In this document: in pieces, positions 60,082 to 64,000 of the stretch | How the letters are laid out: every line of letters begins with the position of its first letter | How positions within the stretch are numbered: the first letter of the stretch is position 1 | NCBI GenBank assembly: GCA_903907995.1 | Contig: CAIVQH010000004.1 | Coordinates: 4,049 to 68,048 of the forward strand | Direction: 5' to 3' | Source of the DNA: an uncultured Verrucomicrobiota bacterium | GTDB taxonomy: Bacteria; Verrucomicrobiota; Verrucomicrobiia; Limisphaerales; UBA9464 | DNA: 64,000 nt | Program-made: the position numbers and the translations under genes | Notes under the pieces: generated by a model | Seen by the model: only the letters and a program-made list of their open reading frames with translations | Told to the model about the DNA's origin: nothing | Database searches by the model: none

Positions 60082-60334
60082 GCTTTCGGCACCCCTCTGG
60101 GGCACTGGGAAATAAGAATTCCGGTTCCGGCGGCGTTGCCTCCGGCTAAGTTCCGCTGCGCCTCCGGCGCGAAGAAACCAGCCGAGCCTTCAAGAGTTCA
60201 CGCCGTGGTTTCCAGTCCGCAGATATCCTGGCCGGATTTGCTTCGGCCGGGAGGGCCAGCGGAGCTTAGCCCCGGGCAGCGCCCGGGGTGGAGGTGCCGT
60301 TTTTCCCCAAGCACCCCAGAGGGGTGCCGGAAGC
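60082..60334. repeat. Long inverted repeat built from two REP-like units (about 93-bp arms)
   Basis: 60082-60174 aligns to the reverse complement of 60241-60334 (CGGCACCCCTCTGGGG ... GGCTAAG.TCCGCTG). Confidence 0.7.
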
Positions 60335-60463
60335 CGACAAGGTTCATGGGACGGGAGAACGGCCACCCGACTCCGCCCCTGCTCCCAGTGATCGAGGCCA
60401 ACCATGGTGAGAAGATGCGTCCCAAGGAAATGCGCGGTTGCCGGGGCACGGACGTGCCTGCTT

Positions 60464-61015
60464 TCAGGGCTCCGGCGGCCGATTGGTAAGGATGCCGGAG
60501 CTGACCTCGAAGTCGCGATCCCACGTCGGTTGGAGAAAGACTCTTGCGGTCGGCTCGACGAGCCAATTGGGCCAGCCTGAAAACCAATGGCTCCATTTGA
60601 CGAGGCTACGGCTGAATGGATCGCTTCGCATACAGTACACCGTGATCTGCCACGATTCCGTATACTTGGGAAATTCGATTCGAAAATTGCGACTCTGTTG
60701 GGCAGGCAGTTCGGCGGGACCTGCTGTAAATCTTTTGCCATGAAGTTCATTGGTGCCAGTTGATGTCACGGCCTGACCCCAATAGTCTGGAATACCGCCG
60801 GAAAAGCTGACAAAATGCGTATTCTCGCTCTGATTCGTCAGCACCATCTGTGCGTACCATTGGCTATTGATGTTCGTGAAGCCAACGAACCGAAGCGTCA
60901 AACCAGGGTTGACGGTGGGCGAATGGGACCCGGCTTTTGAACTGACAACGACTGCCGCGAGCAGGACCAGCATCCCCGCCACGGTCGCAACCTGCCATTT
61001 GAGACGCCGGCTCAC
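60464..61015 (-). CDS. Hypothetical membrane-anchored protein
   Basis: N-terminal TM helix, Ig-like strand pattern; GTG overlaps the argF stop; lower GC. Confidence 0.6.
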   Translation of the reverse strand: MSRRLKWQVATVAGMLVLLAAVVVSSKAGSHSPTVNPGLTLRFVGFTNINSQWYAQMVLTNQSENTHFVSFSGGIPDYWGQAVTSTGTNELHGKRFTAGPAELPAQQSRNFRIEFPKYTESWQITVYCMRSDPFSRSLVKWSHWFSGWPNWLVEPTARVFLQPTWDRDFEVSSGILTNRPPEP

Positions 61016-61977
61016 CCCACCATCCAGTCCACGATCGCCTTCTGCGTATGGAGCCGATTTTCGGCCTGGGTGAAGATCGTGTCGGCGTGCGCCTCAAACG
61101 TCGCCTCGTCGATCTCCTTGCCGCGATAGGCGGGCAGGCAGTGCATCACCAGCGCGCCGCGCTTCGCGAGCTTCACCAAGTCGGCGTTGATCTGGTAGCC
61201 GGCGAGATCCGTCAGGCGCTGGGCGGATTCCGCCTCCTTGCCCATCGAGACCCACACGTCGGTATAGAGCAGGTCGGCCTGCCGGGCCGCGAGATTCAGG
61301 TCGGTCAGCAGTTCCAGCATTCCGGAACCGATCTCCAGCCGCTCCACCACCTGCGCCTCATGGTAGCCGGACCACGGCATCGCGCCGCCGGCCGCCGCGC
61401 GCTTCACGATCGCTTCCGCCGGCCAATAGGCACGGGGAGCCGCCAATCGCAGGGTGAAGCCCAGCCGGGCCGCCGCCCAGATCCACGACACCGGCACATT
61501 GCAGGCGGCATCACCGACAAAGGTGACCGTTTTGCCCGTGATCGGTTCGCCGCGCAGTTCCTCGTAGGTAAATATATCCGTGAGAATCTGGCAGGGATGC
61601 TCGTCGTCGGTGAGCGCGTTGACCGTCGGGATCTTGGCGTAGGTCGCGAAATCCTCCACGTCGCTCTGGGCAAAGGTGCGGATCACCGCGCCATGGATCA
61701 TCCGGCCCAGCACCCGGGCGGTGTCCTTGATCGGTTCGCCGCGTCCGAGCTGGATGTCGCCGGCATTCAGGAAGAGCACCTGCGCGCCCAGCTCCCGCAG
61801 CCCGACCTCGAAGCTCACCCGCGTGCGCGTGGACGACTTGCTGAAGATCAGCGCCCAGGTCTGCCCCGTGAGCGGTCGCGCGTGGGTGGCGCGGTCACGC
61901 TTGAAGCCGGCCACACGGTCGAGGATCAAACGCATGTCCGTACCGGAGATCGCTTCCAGGCTCAGCAGATGTTTCAT
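61012..61977 (-). CDS. argF: Ornithine carbamoyltransferase
   Basis: SSTRTR, HPCQ, DVWVSMG, HCLP, AENR. Confidence 0.95.
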   Translation of the reverse strand: MKHLLSLEAISGTDMRLILDRVAGFKRDRATHARPLTGQTWALIFSKSSTRTRVSFEVGLRELGAQVLFLNAGDIQLGRGEPIKDTARVLGRMIHGAVIRTFAQSDVEDFATYAKIPTVNALTDDEHPCQILTDIFTYEELRGEPITGKTVTFVGDAACNVPVSWIWAAARLGFTLRLAAPRAYWPAEAIVKRAAAGGAMPWSGYHEAQVVERLEIGSGMLELLTDLNLAARQADLLYTDVWVSMGKEAESAQRLTDLAGYQINADLVKLAKRGALVMHCLPAYRGKEIDEATFEAHADTIFTQAENRLHTQKAIVDWMVG

Positions 61978-62135
61978 GTCGGCAATGGCACCGGCGCTAG
62001 GACAGGCCGGAAAGCGATTCTGTTACGACAACCACGCCGACGGAGTCACGAACGAACTTGCAAAAACATCACGTCACGGGGTTTGAATCCGTGAGCATAA
62101 ACGAATATATCCGGGGCCGTCCCGTCATCCTCGTC

Positions 62136-63149
62136 ATGAAAATCGCCGTCCTCGCTCTTCCGTTGGTCGCCTCGTTCGCCGTGTTTCTGCCCTCCGCGCA
62201 CGCGGCGGTGGACTTCGCGAAGGACGTGGTGCCCATCCTCCAGTCCCGCTGTGTCGAGTGCCACGGCCCTGACAAGCAGAAGGGCAAGCTGCGCCTCGAT
62301 TCGAAGGAGGCCCTGCTCAAGGGCGGCAAGGATGGCGAGGTTGTCAAGGCCGGTGCCCCCGCCGACAGCGAGATTTACAAACGCATCCTCCTGCCGAAGG
62401 ACAACGACGATCGGATGCCCCCAAAGGGCGATTCGCTCACCGCCCCGCAGATCGAGACGCTGAAGGCCTGGATCACCGAGGGCGCGAAGTGGCCCGACGG
62501 CGTCACCATTGCCGCGCCGGCCCCGACTCCGGAGCCCGCCCCGGCCGCCGCACCCGTGCCCGCTGGCCCGCCCAAGACTGTGGTGCCCGCGCCGGAACGG
62601 CCCAAGGATTTCAAGCCCGCCGCCGCCGAGGCCGCTGCGACCGCTGCGCTGGCCAAGAACGGCGTCGAGGTCCGCCTCGTCGCAATGGATGGCCCGTGGC
62701 ACGAGGTGAACCTCCGCCTGCTTGGCAGCGCCGTCACCGACCAGACCATTGCCCCGCTCAAGGATCTCAAGAGCGTGGTTGAGGTTCGCCTCGGCACCAC
62801 CAAGGTCACGGATGCCGGCCTCGCCACCCTCAAATCGCTGCCCTACCTGGAAGTGCTGGGTCTCGAACTCACCGGCATCACCGACGCCGGCCTGGTCCAG
62901 CTGAAGGGCCTGAACAACCTCACCTACCTGAACCTCTACGGCACTGCCGTGACCGATGCCGGCCTGGAAAACCTGAAAGGCCTGAAACACCTCGCCAAAC
63001 TCTACCTCTGGCAGACCAAGGTGACCCCGGCCGGCGTGAAGAAACTGCAGGAAGCCCTCCCTGGCCTCGACATCAACACCGGCGTCGAACTTCCCCCGCC
63101 CGCCGCCCCCGCCCCCGCCATGGAAAAGAAGGAAGAGCCGAAGAAGTAG
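62136..63149 (+). CDS. Planctomycete-type cytochrome c domain fused to leucine-rich repeats
   Basis: Signal peptide; VDFAKDVVPILQSRCVECHG...RMPP...WITEGA; LRRs LxxLxLxxTxVTDAGL. Confidence 0.88.
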   Translation: MKIAVLALPLVASFAVFLPSAHAAVDFAKDVVPILQSRCVECHGPDKQKGKLRLDSKEALLKGGKDGEVVKAGAPADSEIYKRILLPKDNDDRMPPKGDSLTAPQIETLKAWITEGAKWPDGVTIAAPAPTPEPAPAAAPVPAGPPKTVVPAPERPKDFKPAAAEAAATAALAKNGVEVRLVAMDGPWHEVNLRLLGSAVTDQTIAPLKDLKSVVEVRLGTTKVTDAGLATLKSLPYLEVLGLELTGITDAGLVQLKGLNNLTYLNLYGTAVTDAGLENLKGLKHLAKLYLWQTKVTPAGVKKLQEALPGLDINTGVELPPPAAPAPAMEKKEEPKK

Positions 63150-63240
63150 GCAGAAACCGCGCAGACAAGGTGCGGTGCGCACCACCCCAAAGTAGGACGG
63201 CCGGCCCGCCGGTTTTCTGACCGTGTCTTCAGCTTGCATC

Positions 63241-63276
63241 CGGCGCGGCCTGTCGTTCGGACGACAGCCCGCGCCG
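63241..63276. terminator. Strong hairpin between convergent genes
   Basis: CGGCGCGG-C-CTGTCGT-TCGG-ACGACAG-C-CCGCGCCG. Confidence 0.5.
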
Positions 63277-63388
63277 TAGCGTTTTAGATTGCTGTGCTGC
63301 CCACTGCTCGGATCGGGACGACCGGCCAGAGAAGACAAAGATAGAGAACGGCGAGCCGCCGGCCTCCTTTGGAAGCGGCTACGCCGGC

Positions 63389-64000
63389 TCAGGCCGCGCG
63401 CCACTGGGCCAGTTCTGTGCGTACCGTCGTTGTATTAGGGTCTTCGATGGCTTCGAAGATGTGCAACGAGGCCTCCGCGCGAGCAATCGCTTCGGAACGA
63501 TTTTCTAGCTTCCAGAATTCGAGCGCCGAATTCCACAAAGCATTGGCTTCGCCGCGCCGGTCCCCAATCTCTCTCGCGATGGAGATAGATTGCTGATAGA
63601 ACTTGATGGCTTTGCTTGCATTGGCCAATGCTAGCATGTGCGTTGCCAAGGTTCATTAGCGTAATACCAACGCCACGTCGGTCGCCAATCTCGCTGAATA
63701 TTGGCAGCGCCTGTTCAGAGAAAGCGATAGATATATCAGCGTCTTCCAGACTCAGGTGGGCGCCTCCGAGGTTCACAAGTGCATGGCCTTCCCCGCGTCG
63801 ATCACCGATCTCATGGAATATCGACAGCGCTTGTATATTAAAATTAATCGTATTGCTGGCATTCCCAAGCCTCAATTGGGCGTTGCCAAGGCTCATTAGC
63901 ATATTGCCTTCGCTGCCCTTATCGCCGAGTTCACGAAGGATGGGTAGCGCTAGCTCGGCAAATTCTATTGTTTTACGGGCATCACCGAGCTGACCGTAAG
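63389..64000 (-). pseudogene. 3' end of a TPR-repeat gene with a +1 frameshift near 63623-63625 (mutation or assembly error); 5' part lies outside the window
   Basis: 40-aa EIGDRRGE repeats continue from ORF 63435..63902 into the other frame 63389..63649; reading frame is open to the window edge. Confidence 0.7.

Overview
A GC-rich bacterial chromosome segment. The gene families and protein architectures (PEP-CTERM, a TIGR04073-like protein, planctomycete-type cytochrome c-LRR, ECF/Ser-Thr kinase pairs) point to Verrucomicrobiota; this is an inference. Housekeeping genes present: dacB, cutA, dusB, tRNA-Asp, prfA, rpmE, tol-pal, tatAC, ispE, ppnP, ilvD, glnS, argF. Accessory modules: a Zrg-like ABC/DUF3299 cluster; an ECF sigma/cupin anti-sigma pair divergent from a DUF4331-TPR-HupE/UreJ operon; an MntR-porin-MntH-Usp manganese module; three NagX/HGSNAT-like membrane proteins; an RCC1-repeat surface protein; a GH31 hydrolase; and several REP-like palindromes. 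No CRISPR array, rRNA or intact mobile element was seen. Most notable observations: (1) a tail-anchored protein with three 66-aa repeats (12 CxxC) wedged between tolQ and tolR; (2) a sigma54-type promoter ahead of a sigma70 gene, followed by a degenerate ECF-like protein that has lost its region-4 HTH and by a kinase-WD40 protein; (3) a promoter-backed hairpin RNA candidate carrying an anti-Shine-Dalgarno motif upstream of tRNA-Asp; (4) an atypical FolP-like protein lacking key catalytic residues; (5) a frameshift sitting at the centre of a quasi-palindrome in a TPR gene. All family calls come from motif recognition by eye; no searches were run.
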